Shown in pieces: positions 10,306 to 19,007 of a stretch of 64,000 nt of DNA. Every line of letters starts with the position of its first letter. The first letter of the stretch is position 1. The notes beneath the pieces are model-generated. The model had not been told where the DNA came from. It saw only the letters and a program-made list of their open reading frames with translations, and searched no databases. The stretch is from Verrucomicrobiota bacterium (lineage in GTDB: Bacteria; Verrucomicrobiota; Verrucomicrobiia; Limisphaerales; SXQI01). The DNA lies in assembly GCA_033762115.1 (NCBI GenBank), contig JANRLX010000134.1:32001-96000 (forward strand), given 5' to 3'. Position numbers and translations under genes: made by a program.

Positions 10306-10321
10306 GGAGAGAAAGGTCAAA

Positions 10322-11170
10322 TCAGGTGCCCTTTGCTCGGGTGCTTTGTGATTTTAGCTTGATATAATCGTTTCCTACGGCGTTTCTCCTTCCAGGATAA
10401 GCTTTCTTAATATCAGGCCCTACAACTGCTGGATCTTTCCATTTTCTGATCTCTGCATGACCATCGGCAAATGACATTCCTCCAGCGTTGTTATGATAAG
10501 AGGCTGGATAATCAACCCAATCAATTCGTGTAGAAGCGGGGTTCGGAGAGCCAGGAGCTTGAACCACAAACCACCCATCATTAATGCTAAATGGATTTTC
10601 ATCGATTGTGACCCAACAGTCGGAAGGATTTGGCCGGGTGAAATCGGACTGCTTTTTGAAAGCAACCCCGGGAGTTTCAGTCCATTCATTGATCGGATTC
10701 ATCCAGGCATTCATCGACATGCTGCGGACAGTTGGATTGCCTCTGGTATCCGCTTTTTTATCTGCGGGGCATTTATAAACTTGCATTGAATTAATAAAGG
10801 GATAGAGGAGGCCAGCCTTAACCAACGCTTGATTCGTCATCATGGGAGATGAATCAATGCTGCCAAACACCCAATTGGCCAGGGCGCGATTTGCCTTTGC
10901 TGCGATTGCGGCTGCCTCAGTGTTGACGATCACATCCATGCCCCCAGTCCGAACAATTTGTTCATTGTTGTCGGTCGAATAAATTGACCATCCGAGTTGC
11001 AGTTGCTTGAGATTGTTCATGCACCCGATACCCTGCGCTTTGGTTTTTGCTTTGGAGAGGGCAGGGAGGAGCATACTCGCAAGGATGGCGATAATGGCGA
11101 TCACCACGAGCAACTCGATCAAGGTAAACCCGGCGAATTTCCGGGAAACGGGTTTTCGAGATAATTTCAT
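10322..11170 (-). CDS. Prepilin-type N-terminal cleavage/methylation protein with H-X9-DG C-terminal motif (PVC-expanded pseudopilin-like family)
   Basis: [25 protein letters not shown]...[27 protein letters not shown]. Confidence 0.92.
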   Translation of the reverse strand: MKLSRKPVSRKFAGFTLIELLVVIAIIAILASMLLPALSKAKTKAQGIGCMNNLKQLQLGWSIYSTDNNEQIVRTGGMDVIVNTEAAAIAAKANRALANWVFGSIDSSPMMTNQALVKAGLLYPFINSMQVYKCPADKKADTRGNPTVRSMSMNAWMNPINEWTETPGVAFKKQSDFTRPNPSDCWVTIDENPFSINDGWFVVQAPGSPNPASTRIDWVDYPASYHNNAGGMSFADGHAEIRKWKDPAVVGPDIKKAYPGRRNAVGNDYIKLKSQSTRAKGT

Positions 11171-11203
11171 ATTCAAATGGTCTTGTATTCGGGCTGAAGA
11201 ACC

Positions 11204-11240
11204 AGCTTATCTGAACAGTTGTCTCTGTCAAATCATGATT
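11204..11240 (-). promoter_or_regulatory. Promoter of prepilin-type gene with adjacent palindrome
   Basis: TTGACA-N16-TAAGCT on the minus strand; palindrome AATCATGATT (11231-11240) abuts the -35. Confidence 0.5.
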
Positions 11241-11370
11241 GATCCAACTTAACCCGTGCTTTGCAGAAACTTATTGTAAAAGGGGGAAGGTGTGAAGTGT
11301 GCGTCTTAATGCACAGGTCGCAATCAATAATGGTGGTTTACGGATTCGGGTTCCTCGAATTTAATCGGGC

Positions 11371-12801
11371 ATGCTGATCCCGGCAGATGACCATGATGTT
11401 CGCTTGATCGAGAATGTTCATCCCTCCAATTATCTCCAACCAGTTCCTGCGGACCGTTATCATTTGGTGGTGCTGGGGGGAGGGAGTGCGGGGCTGGTTT
11501 GCGCCGCTGCGGCTGCAGGCCTGGGGGCAAAGGTCGCATTAGTCGAAAAAAGCTTGATGGGAGGCGATTGCCTGAATTTCGGGTGTGTCCCTTCCAAAGC
11601 GCTGATTGCGGTGTCGAAAAGCTGGCATAAAACCTCCGATTTTGCTGAAGCGATGAGGAGAGTAAGGCAACTGAGGGCAGAGATCAGCCCGGATGATTCG
11701 GTGGATCGGTTCAAGCGGCTGGGTGTGGATATATTCCTGGGCAAAGGGCGATTTCTTGACGCTCACAGCCTGGGAATCAATGGGTTACGGGTGCGGTTCC
11801 GAAAAGCGGTGATCGCCACCGGCACAAGACCTCGTATTCCTGAAGTGGCCGGGTTGAAAGAGGCTGGGTTCCTCACCAATGAAACCATCTTCCAGATCAA
11901 GGCGCTTCCAAAGAGGCTGGCCATCCTGGGAGGAGGTCCTGTGGGGTGTGAATTAGGACAGGCATTTCAACGAATGGGAGCGGAGGTGAGTATCCTCCAA
12001 CGTGGGAACAGGTTGCTCCCACATGAGGATCCAGAGGCTTCAGGTGTTCTATATCAACAACTTATAAAAGATGGTGTGATGGTCAGACTGGGATGCCTGC
12101 TGGAACAAGTGGGAATAAGTGGGAATTCCCGCAGGTTGCTTTTCCGGACTGAGGGGAGGACCGAGCGGCTTGAAGTCGAGGAAATTTTAGTGGCGGCAGG
12201 GCGGGAGGCCAACATTCATGAGATCGGTCTGGCGGAAGCCGGAGTCGAAAGTTCAGAGGAGGGAATCGTGGTCAACGACTTTCTGCAAACGAGCAACCCG
12301 GATATTTATGCCGCGGGGGATGTCTGCCTGAAACAGAAGTTTACCCATGCAGCGGATGCGGCAGCCCGGATCGTGGTGCAGAACGCCTTGTTTGCCGGTC
12401 GAAAGCGGATGAGCCGGGTGGTGGTGCCCTGGTGCACTTATACCAGCCCGGAAATTGCCGGTGTGGGGAGGATGACCGGCACGATTTTTCAAAAAAATCT
12501 TTCTGAAGTGCACCGGGCCAGACTGGAAGGGGAAGTCGACGGGTTCATTAAAATCTGCGTGGCGGAAAAAGGGGATAAAATTCTCGGCGCAACGATTGTG
12601 GCGCCGCATGCGGGGGAAATGATCAATGAAATCACCCTTGCGATGCAGCAAGGGATCGGCTTGAGCAAATTATCCGGCGTGGTGCATCCATACCCGTCCT
12701 ACAGTGAAGCGATCCGACAGGTGGGAGATGCGTATCAACGAACCAAATTGACCCCCGGCATCAAAAAAATTCTCGAGGGCTGGTTCAAATGGGTACGGTA
12801 G
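11371..12801 (+). CDS. Class I pyridine nucleotide-disulfide oxidoreductase (MerA/Lpd-like, not true MerA)
   Basis: GGGSAG, GGDCLNFGCVPSK redox disulfide, GGGPVG, IYAAGD, HPYPS; no C-terminal CC and no HMA domain. Confidence 0.85.
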   Translation: MLIPADDHDVRLIENVHPSNYLQPVPADRYHLVVLGGGSAGLVCAAAAAGLGAKVALVEKSLMGGDCLNFGCVPSKALIAVSKSWHKTSDFAEAMRRVRQLRAEISPDDSVDRFKRLGVDIFLGKGRFLDAHSLGINGLRVRFRKAVIATGTRPRIPEVAGLKEAGFLTNETIFQIKALPKRLAILGGGPVGCELGQAFQRMGAEVSILQRGNRLLPHEDPEASGVLYQQLIKDGVMVRLGCLLEQVGISGNSRRLLFRTEGRTERLEVEEILVAAGREANIHEIGLAEAGVESSEEGIVVNDFLQTSNPDIYAAGDVCLKQKFTHAADAAARIVVQNALFAGRKRMSRVVVPWCTYTSPEIAGVGRMTGTIFQKNLSEVHRARLEGEVDGFIKICVAEKGDKILGATIVAPHAGEMINEITLAMQQGIGLSKLSGVVHPYPSYSEAIRQVGDAYQRTKLTPGIKKILEGWFKWVR

Positions 12802-12823
12802 CCTTTGCAAAGGGGCCACTAGA

Positions 12824-14575
12824 TCAATGGCGTTTTGCCTTGAGAAGTTTTTTTAGCTGCTCCAGTGGGAGGGTGTTGATGACATCTTCGCGGGTGAGCC
12901 AGCCTTTTCGGGCGAGGCCAGCGCCGAGGCGGAGGAAGCCGGTGTGTTCCAGGCGATGCGCATCGCAGTTAATCACACATTTGACTCCTTTGCTTTTGGC
13001 GTACTGCCAAAGGCGCCAATCCATGTCGAGGCGGTTGGGGGAAGCGTTGAGTTCAATCCATGTGCCGGTTTCAGCGCAAGCGTCAATGACGGCATGGTGG
13101 TTGACCTTGCAGGCTTCCCGTTCGAGGAGGAGACGTCCTGTAAGATGGCCGAGCATCTGGACATATTTATTTTCAGCGGCGCGAATCAATCGCCGGGTCA
13201 TGTCCGATTCGGACTGGGTAAAGCTGCTGTGAACACTGGCAACGACCACTTCCAACTCACTTAAGAGTTGATCATCAAAATCCAATCGCCCATCAGGCAG
13301 GATATCGACTTCAGATCCGGTGAGGAGACGGAACTCGCTGCCGGCATTTTCCAGTTCGCGGTTGATCCTGTTGATCTCGATGAGTTGTTCCCGGAGCCGT
13401 TCCGGTTGCAAACCGCGAGCCTGCACGGAAGATTTGGAATGGTCGGTGATGGCCCAATAAGAAAGGCCAACCCCCTGCATGAAAGCCACGATTTCCTCGA
13501 GCGTGGAACGGCCATCACTCCAGGTGGAATGGTTATGGAGGGAGCCTTTCAGGTCAGTCCATTGGAGAAGGCGGGGAATTTCTCCCTTTTCGGCAACGTC
13601 GAATTCACCCATGTCCTCCCGAAGTTCAGGAGGGATATAGGCAAGCTCCAGGGCATCAAAAATCTGCTCTTCGGTGGAGCAGCGGACAAGCAGGGCAGGG
13701 TCGCGCGTTTCTTCTGTGGAGCGAAACAAGCCATACTCGTTGAGACGCAAACCGCGCTGGATGGCGCGCTGGCGCATGACAATGTTGTGTTCCTTGCTGC
13801 CGGTGAAGTAAGCAAGGGCAAAAGGGAATTCAGCATCCGCGACGACGCGAAGGTCCGCCTGGATGCCACCCTCAATGACCACACTGGCCTTGGTGTCTCC
13901 CCTGGCATTAACGCAAATGACCGAGGGCAATGCGCAGAAAAAGTCGATGACATTGAGGGGTGATTTGCTGGAGGCGAGAAAATCAATATCGCCAATCACC
14001 TCCCTGGAGCGGCGCAAACTGCCTGCCACGCTGCACCGAATCACGGCCGGATGTGCGCGCAGGCCATCCAGAATGGGCTCGGCAGCCAGGGTGGCGCGAC
14101 TGAGCAGATGCCTGGCAGCATAAGCGCAGCGGAATTGAATTCCCTCGAGAATTTTGCTCTGTGTTTTTTCACCGAAACCATCCAGCACAGCAACCCGCCC
14201 TTCCTTGCAGGCGGCCTCCAATTGAGAAACGTCAGAAATATTTAATTTTTCGTAGAGAACCTTGACCTTTTTTGGGCCCAGGCCGGGAATTTGCATCACC
14301 TCGAACAACCCGGGAGGGAATGAGGCTTTCAACTCCTCGTAATAGGCAAGTTTGCCCGTGGTGACGAGTTCGGTGATTTTTTGAAGCAGCGCAGTGCCGA
14401 TCCCCTTGATCTCTCCCAGGCGTTTTTCGGCAATGATCCGATCAAGGGGTTCGGACAAGGTTTCAATTGTGCGCGCAGCCGAGACATAAGCCTTGGACTT
14501 GAAAGGATTTTCCCCTTTTAAATCCAGCAACATTCCAATCTCGGTAAGAATTGCGGCAACCTGCTCTCGATCCAT
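12824..14575 (-). CDS. polX: DNA polymerase X / PHP 3'-5' exonuclease
   Basis: ENPFK..AY, IPGLGPKK HhH, GSLRR, GDID...DLR acidic triad, FTGSKEHN; PHP HNHSTWSDG, ITDHS, CDAH. Confidence 0.95.
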   Translation of the reverse strand: MDREQVAAILTEIGMLLDLKGENPFKSKAYVSAARTIETLSEPLDRIIAEKRLGEIKGIGTALLQKITELVTTGKLAYYEELKASFPPGLFEVMQIPGLGPKKVKVLYEKLNISDVSQLEAACKEGRVAVLDGFGEKTQSKILEGIQFRCAYAARHLLSRATLAAEPILDGLRAHPAVIRCSVAGSLRRSREVIGDIDFLASSKSPLNVIDFFCALPSVICVNARGDTKASVVIEGGIQADLRVVADAEFPFALAYFTGSKEHNIVMRQRAIQRGLRLNEYGLFRSTEETRDPALLVRCSTEEQIFDALELAYIPPELREDMGEFDVAEKGEIPRLLQWTDLKGSLHNHSTWSDGRSTLEEIVAFMQGVGLSYWAITDHSKSSVQARGLQPERLREQLIEINRINRELENAGSEFRLLTGSEVDILPDGRLDFDDQLLSELEVVVASVHSSFTQSESDMTRRLIRAAENKYVQMLGHLTGRLLLEREACKVNHHAVIDACAETGTWIELNASPNRLDMDWRLWQYAKSKGVKCVINCDAHRLEHTGFLRLGAGLARKGWLTREDVINTLPLEQLKKLLKAKRH

Positions 14576-14615
14576 GGGACAAAGGTTCAGCAGTATGAAA
14601 AAAGTTCAATCAGAA

Positions 14616-15143
14616 TCAGTTCGGAGAGTTCTGAGGTTTGTTTGTCTGACCTGCGATTTTTGACAGCTGCGCGTTGGCCTTGTTGAAATCCTCCACGAGC
14701 GAGTTGTACTTTTCGGCGAGGGAATTGTACTTGAGGACGGAGTCATTTCGTTCCGATGCCAGGCGGGTGAGTTGATCATTGGCTGACCTGATCTGTTCAT
14801 CCCGTTTGTTGATCGCTTCTGACCAATCGGCAATGCTGGATTTCAATTGATCACGTTCTGTTTCCAGTTCGAGAATGTTCCGCTCCAGGACCGATTTGGT
14901 TTTTCGAATTTCAGCAAGTTCCTCGTGTGATTTCATGAACTGATCCTTAACGGTCTGAAGATCAGACTTCTGCCCTTCGATCATCTTTTCCAAATCACGA
15001 TTTTGTTGCTGAAGCTGGAGAAGGTGTTTCTCCTGTTCGATGGCCTGGAGATTGAGGCGGCGGTTCACCTGCCATTGAAAAACGCATAATCCGGCAAGGA
15101 CCAGGATGCCTAAAAAGTTCAGGGTATTAAGCGCCTTGCTCAT
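14616..15143 (-). CDS. Membrane-anchored coiled-coil protein of unknown function
   Basis: One N-terminal TM helix then ~140 aa of heptad-rich sequence; ATGA overlap with exbD. Confidence 0.8.
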   Translation of the reverse strand: MSKALNTLNFLGILVLAGLCVFQWQVNRRLNLQAIEQEKHLLQLQQQNRDLEKMIEGQKSDLQTVKDQFMKSHEELAEIRKTKSVLERNILELETERDQLKSSIADWSEAINKRDEQIRSANDQLTRLASERNDSVLKYNSLAEKYNSLVEDFNKANAQLSKIAGQTNKPQNSPN

Positions 15144-15571
15144 TCAGTGGCTCGCTCCGGACGAATTTCAAACGCCACCTTTTCAATCCCGCAGGAGCGC
15201 ACGAGGTCCAGCACGCGGATGACATCTCCATGCCGCGCATTTTTATCGCCGCTGATAAAAACGCGCAGGTTCATGTTCGTATTGTGCGCTGCGGAAAGGG
15301 TCTGGAGCAGTTCATTGGGGGCGACGAGAGATTTATTGAGGTAGATTGCTCCATCCTGGTCCACGGTGAGATTGAGGAAATCCTTGACGCTGTCCGCTGT
15401 TGCGGTTGTGGCAGTGGGAAGGTTCACCTTCACGCTTTTCATGTTGACCATGCTCAGGCTGACCAGCATGAAACTTGCGAGAAGGAAAAACATGATGTCG
15501 ATGAGGGGCACGATTTCAATGCGCGCCTCGGCATGTTCCTGCGGCAGTTTTGAGCCTAGTTTAACCGGCAT
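15140..15571 (-). CDS. exbD: Biopolymer transport protein ExbD/TolR
   Basis: IEIVPLIDIMFFLLASF with the conserved TM Asp, VNLP, ISGDKNARHGDVIRVLD. Confidence 0.93.
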   Translation of the reverse strand: MPVKLGSKLPQEHAEARIEIVPLIDIMFFLLASFMLVSLSMVNMKSVKVNLPTATTATADSVKDFLNLTVDQDGAIYLNKSLVAPNELLQTLSAAHNTNMNLRVFISGDKNARHGDVIRVLDLVRSCGIEKVAFEIRPERATE

Positions 15572-15573
15572 AA

Positions 15574-16284
15574 TCAGCGCAGGAGAGAGGCTGCGTCCTG
15601 GGTCCGGGCGGCTTTGCCAGCGCGCGCGCGTTCCCTGGCGAATTGCTCCAGGTCATGCCCATGATGCTTTGCGGATTCCACCAGCAACTCCACATGGTTG
15701 ATCGTGCGTTCCAGTTGCGAGCGCAACCTGGCAATCCGCCGGTTGAAATAGTTGTAAGGCAGCAGGCAAAGGATGGCGATCCCCAGGCCGAAGGCCGTGG
15801 CGATCAATGCTTCCGCAATTCCCCCGCTGACCTTTGTAGCCGCCAATTGCTCATCCCCCACGAAATTGAATGAATGCATGATCCCGGTGACCGTTCCCAA
15901 CAAACCGAGCAGAGGAGCCAGCGTGATCAACGTCCCGAGAATCCATTGCAACCGTTCACTTCGTTCCAGTTCCTCGGAAGCGCGGAGTTGCATTGCCCCG
16001 AGAAGCGAGCTGTGGGCATGGAGTATTCCATCATGAATGGTCGCAAGGAAAGGGTTGGAACTGTTGGCTGTCATCTGAAAACTCTTTTCGAAATTTCCAT
16101 CAGCCAGGGCCTCGAACACTTCGTTGAGGGAACCGGTTTGCGTCCTGCGCTGCAAACCCATCCACCAAAGGGACCGCTCCACGACGACGATCAGGCCAAG
16201 CAATGTGGCCACAAGGATCGGCCACATGATCGGGCCGCCCTTTAGAATAAAATCCCAAGCCACATTAGCGAACAACGGTTGCAT
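15574..16284 (-). CDS. exbB: ExbB (MotA/TolQ/ExbB proton channel)
   Basis: GGPIMWPI, APLLGLLGTVTGI, GIAEALIATAFGL. Confidence 0.93.
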   Translation of the reverse strand: MQPLFANVAWDFILKGGPIMWPILVATLLGLIVVVERSLWWMGLQRRTQTGSLNEVFEALADGNFEKSFQMTANSSNPFLATIHDGILHAHSSLLGAMQLRASEELERSERLQWILGTLITLAPLLGLLGTVTGIMHSFNFVGDEQLAATKVSGGIAEALIATAFGLGIAILCLLPYNYFNRRIARLRSQLERTINHVELLVESAKHHGHDLEQFARERARAGKAARTQDAASLLR

Positions 16285-16324
16285 GATAATCGATGGAACG
16301 GTTCAGGATGGGAAGAATCTCGAA

Positions 16325-17092
16325 TCAAAGCTGGAAATGAATGGGCACTTCGTAAAAGCGAACCTGTCCCGAGGGAAAACGCCATTTTTCACGGATGACT
16401 TTAATCGCGGCGTCATTCAACAGTGTCCAGGGGGATGGTTTGGAAGCGACCGCTGACAAGACATTGCCGGTTTCTGAAACGGTGAATTGGACCACCACTG
16501 TTCCTTCCTGTCCGCTGCGCATCGCGCGCGCGGGATATTCAGGGGCGGGTTGGCGCCCTTCGCCATGTCCGAACGTCAGCGCCTGGATTTTAGGGGCTGT
16601 GGCAGCCGGAGCATTTTTTTCAACTGGCGCGGACCTTGAAAAGGAGGCTTCTGATCGATCCACGATTTGAACAGGTCCCTCCACGGGCAGGGCGAAGGCA
16701 ATCAATGGGGTGGGCTCGGCCACTGCGATAAGGGGTGTGGTTTCGGGAGTGGCGACAGCGCTGAGGGTTGGGGGCGTGCGGGTTGGGGAGGTCGCTTTCG
16801 CCGGGGATGAGACAGGCTCGGTTGTGAGTTCCACCTGAACAAGTTCCGCCTTTGTTTCCGAGTTTTTTTTCGCTGGTGCCACTGGATGGGTGTAAGGAAG
16901 GACAAATCCGATCAGTCCAACAGTGACGCAGGAAAGCCAAAGAACCAGCGTCGCGATGGGAAGCAATTTTGCCTCGGTGGCGCCTTGACCTGGGGTCCTG
17001 GAGAAGCGGGCTGTTTTTGAAGTGGGCAAAGGGGCGAATGCGCTGTTCGCCTGGCTGAACATTTGATGAGTCTCGACGGTTGTCATCTGCAT
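16325..17092 (-). CDS. tonB: Energy transducer TonB
   Basis: TM helix, Pro/Thr-rich linker, C-terminal PEYPARAMRSGQEGTVVVQFTV...LNDAA...WRF. Confidence 0.9.
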   Translation of the reverse strand: MQMTTVETHQMFSQANSAFAPLPTSKTARFSRTPGQGATEAKLLPIATLVLWLSCVTVGLIGFVLPYTHPVAPAKKNSETKAELVQVELTTEPVSSPAKATSPTRTPPTLSAVATPETTPLIAVAEPTPLIAFALPVEGPVQIVDRSEASFSRSAPVEKNAPAATAPKIQALTFGHGEGRQPAPEYPARAMRSGQEGTVVVQFTVSETGNVLSAVASKPSPWTLLNDAAIKVIREKWRFPSGQVRFYEVPIHFQL

Positions 17093-17097
17093 TGAAG

Positions 17098-17155
17098 CTA
17101 AATGATAATACGAATTGCGCTTGCGGTCAGTTGCTAATGATTGTCGGTAACTTGC
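17098..17155 (-). promoter_or_regulatory. tonB promoter region: 39-bp shared element plus partial Fur-like box over the -10
   Basis: CTGACC-N17-TATCAT; AATGATAAT half-site at 17101-17109 (about 11/19 to the Fur consensus); 17117-17155 recurs upstream of fiu. Confidence 0.55.
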
Positions 17156-17182
17156 TTTGGAAAAACGGCTGTAATCAAGGTT

Positions 17183-18313
17183 TCAAATAGGAGGCTGCGC
17201 TTTTGAACGCATGAAAAAGCGGCGCCAGGTCAGGGCAAACCCGGTCCACACGAGGAAAAGGGAACCCAGGGAGGCCAGGCCGGCAAGAGCCTGTCCGATT
17301 GGCCCGAGGGCTTCGCCGGTGTGCAGGTAACGGGTCCAGGAACGGACTTTCCGGCCGGTGTTGAAATCAGAATAGGATTCCCTGCTGACCACTTCGCCTG
17401 TGTAGGGATGGATGCCCAGTTGGGTAGTGGCGAACCGGGGAGCGCCATTTTTCTCCTTGAGAGAGACCACCACCGGGGCGTTTGTTTTCCCGAACCGGAT
17501 GGTCGCCTGTTCCCAGGCGGGATGATGTTTTTTCGCAATTTCCAGGATTGCGTCGGAGCTGAGCAAGGTTCCGGTGAAGGGGGAAAGTTTCGGCTCAATT
17601 TTTCCCGGCGCATTTGCCGGGGGAGGCGGGGTGGTGCCGGTTAATTTATAAATCAGGTTGCCTGCCCATTGGTAGGAAATCGGCATGGCGGTGGCAGTGA
17701 CGACGATGAGGATGGGCGCTGACCAGAACCCGATGGCGTTGTGCCAGTTCCAGTCCCGCGCTTTGCCGCGCAATTCAAGAGAGGGGTGGGTGATAGCGCT
17801 GAGTGCGTTGCGGGACCATTTGCGCGGCCACCATAAATAGAGGCCGGAAATCCCGAGAAAAAGGAATGCGGCATTGCAGGCGCCGGTGATTGCCTTGCCG
17901 ATTGGCCGTTGATCACCGCTTTGTCCAAGCCATCGATGCCACTCGATCATTAATTGCATGAATGGACGGACCCCTTCCTTGCCATGTTCCTGAATTTTTC
18001 CTGAGTAAGGGTCGATGTAAAACACATTGGTACGGGAAAAAGAGATGAGCGCCGCTGAATCAGGTTCGGCGAAAAAAGTGATGGAACCGGGCTTCAGGGT
18101 GGGTTTTTCCTGCCGGAATTTTTCCATCAGCGCATCCACTGCCAGCCGTTGGCCGGTGGGATTGATTTTTTTGGAATCCCGCTCGAACCACGCGATGATT
18201 TCTTTTTCAAAAGCCAGGGTGACCCCGGTAAAGGACATCACGGCCACGATTGTTCCAGCCAGCACGCCAGCGGCGAGATGCAGCCAAAAAATAACTTTGC
18301 GAATGTTGCCCAT
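17183..18313 (-). CDS. PepSY-associated TM helix protein (PiuB-like iron-regulated membrane protein)
   Basis: FWLHLAAG, IDPYSG, EWHRWL, SGLYLWWP, NWHNAIG, YLHTGE; follows piuC. Confidence 0.9.
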   Translation of the reverse strand: MGNIRKVIFWLHLAAGVLAGTIVAVMSFTGVTLAFEKEIIAWFERDSKKINPTGQRLAVDALMEKFRQEKPTLKPGSITFFAEPDSAALISFSRTNVFYIDPYSGKIQEHGKEGVRPFMQLMIEWHRWLGQSGDQRPIGKAITGACNAAFLFLGISGLYLWWPRKWSRNALSAITHPSLELRGKARDWNWHNAIGFWSAPILIVVTATAMPISYQWAGNLIYKLTGTTPPPPANAPGKIEPKLSPFTGTLLSSDAILEIAKKHHPAWEQATIRFGKTNAPVVVSLKEKNGAPRFATTQLGIHPYTGEVVSRESYSDFNTGRKVRSWTRYLHTGEALGPIGQALAGLASLGSLFLVWTGFALTWRRFFMRSKAQPPI

Positions 18314-19005
18314 TAGAGTTCAGCCCATTGCCTGAGCAGGTTGTGGTAAACCCCGGTGAGTTGAACAGAAGATTGTTGAACCGTGGGATTGTCCGGAAGA
18401 TCGCGGCTCAACCGTTGAATGGCAAGATCCAGGTCAAACAGGAGTGAGCGCTGCCCATCATCACGAATCATGCTTTGCAGCCAAAAAAATGAACAAATGC
18501 GGGCGCCTCGGGTCACCGGACGGACATGATGTAAACTGGTCGAGGGATAAAGGATCATGTGGCCCGCCGGGAGTTTGACGCTTTGCACGCCATAGGTGTC
18601 CTCAATGCACAGTTCACCGCCATCATATTCATCAGGGCTGGTGAAAAAAAGGGTTGCGGAGAGATCGGTGCGAATTCGGTGTGGGGTGCCCGGCACCTGG
18701 CGAATGGCATTATCGACGTGCGTCCCAAAGGACTGGCCTCCGGAGTAGCGGTTGAAGAGGGGAGGGAAAACGCGCAACGGCAATGCTGCCGAGACGAACA
18801 AGCCATTTCTGCCCAGGGCGGAAATGATCATTTCGCCGAGCTGCTGGGCAATGGGATGATTCTCGGGAATCTGCATGTTGTCCTTCGCCTTTGAGGATTG
18901 GTGGCCTGCGGTGACTTTCCCATCCACCCACTCGGCTTTATCGAGAAGCTGGCGCGCCTGGATCACCTGCTCGGCAGTCAATAAATCGGGAATGCGAATC
19001 AACAT
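18313..19005 (-). CDS. piuC: PKHD-type Fe(II)/2-oxoglutarate hydroxylase (YbiX/PiuC)
   Basis: [57 protein letters not shown]. Confidence 0.94.
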   Translation of the reverse strand: MLIRIPDLLTAEQVIQARQLLDKAEWVDGKVTAGHQSSKAKDNMQIPENHPIAQQLGEMIISALGRNGLFVSAALPLRVFPPLFNRYSGGQSFGTHVDNAIRQVPGTPHRIRTDLSATLFFTSPDEYDGGELCIEDTYGVQSVKLPAGHMILYPSTSLHHVRPVTRGARICSFFWLQSMIRDDGQRSLLFDLDLAIQRLSRDLPDNPTVQQSSVQLTGVYHNLLRQWAEL

Positions 19006-19007
19006 AA

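Noticed and set aside
11371..12801. Mercury resistance (merA)
   Set aside because: No C-terminal cysteine pair, no HMA domain, no merR/T/P.
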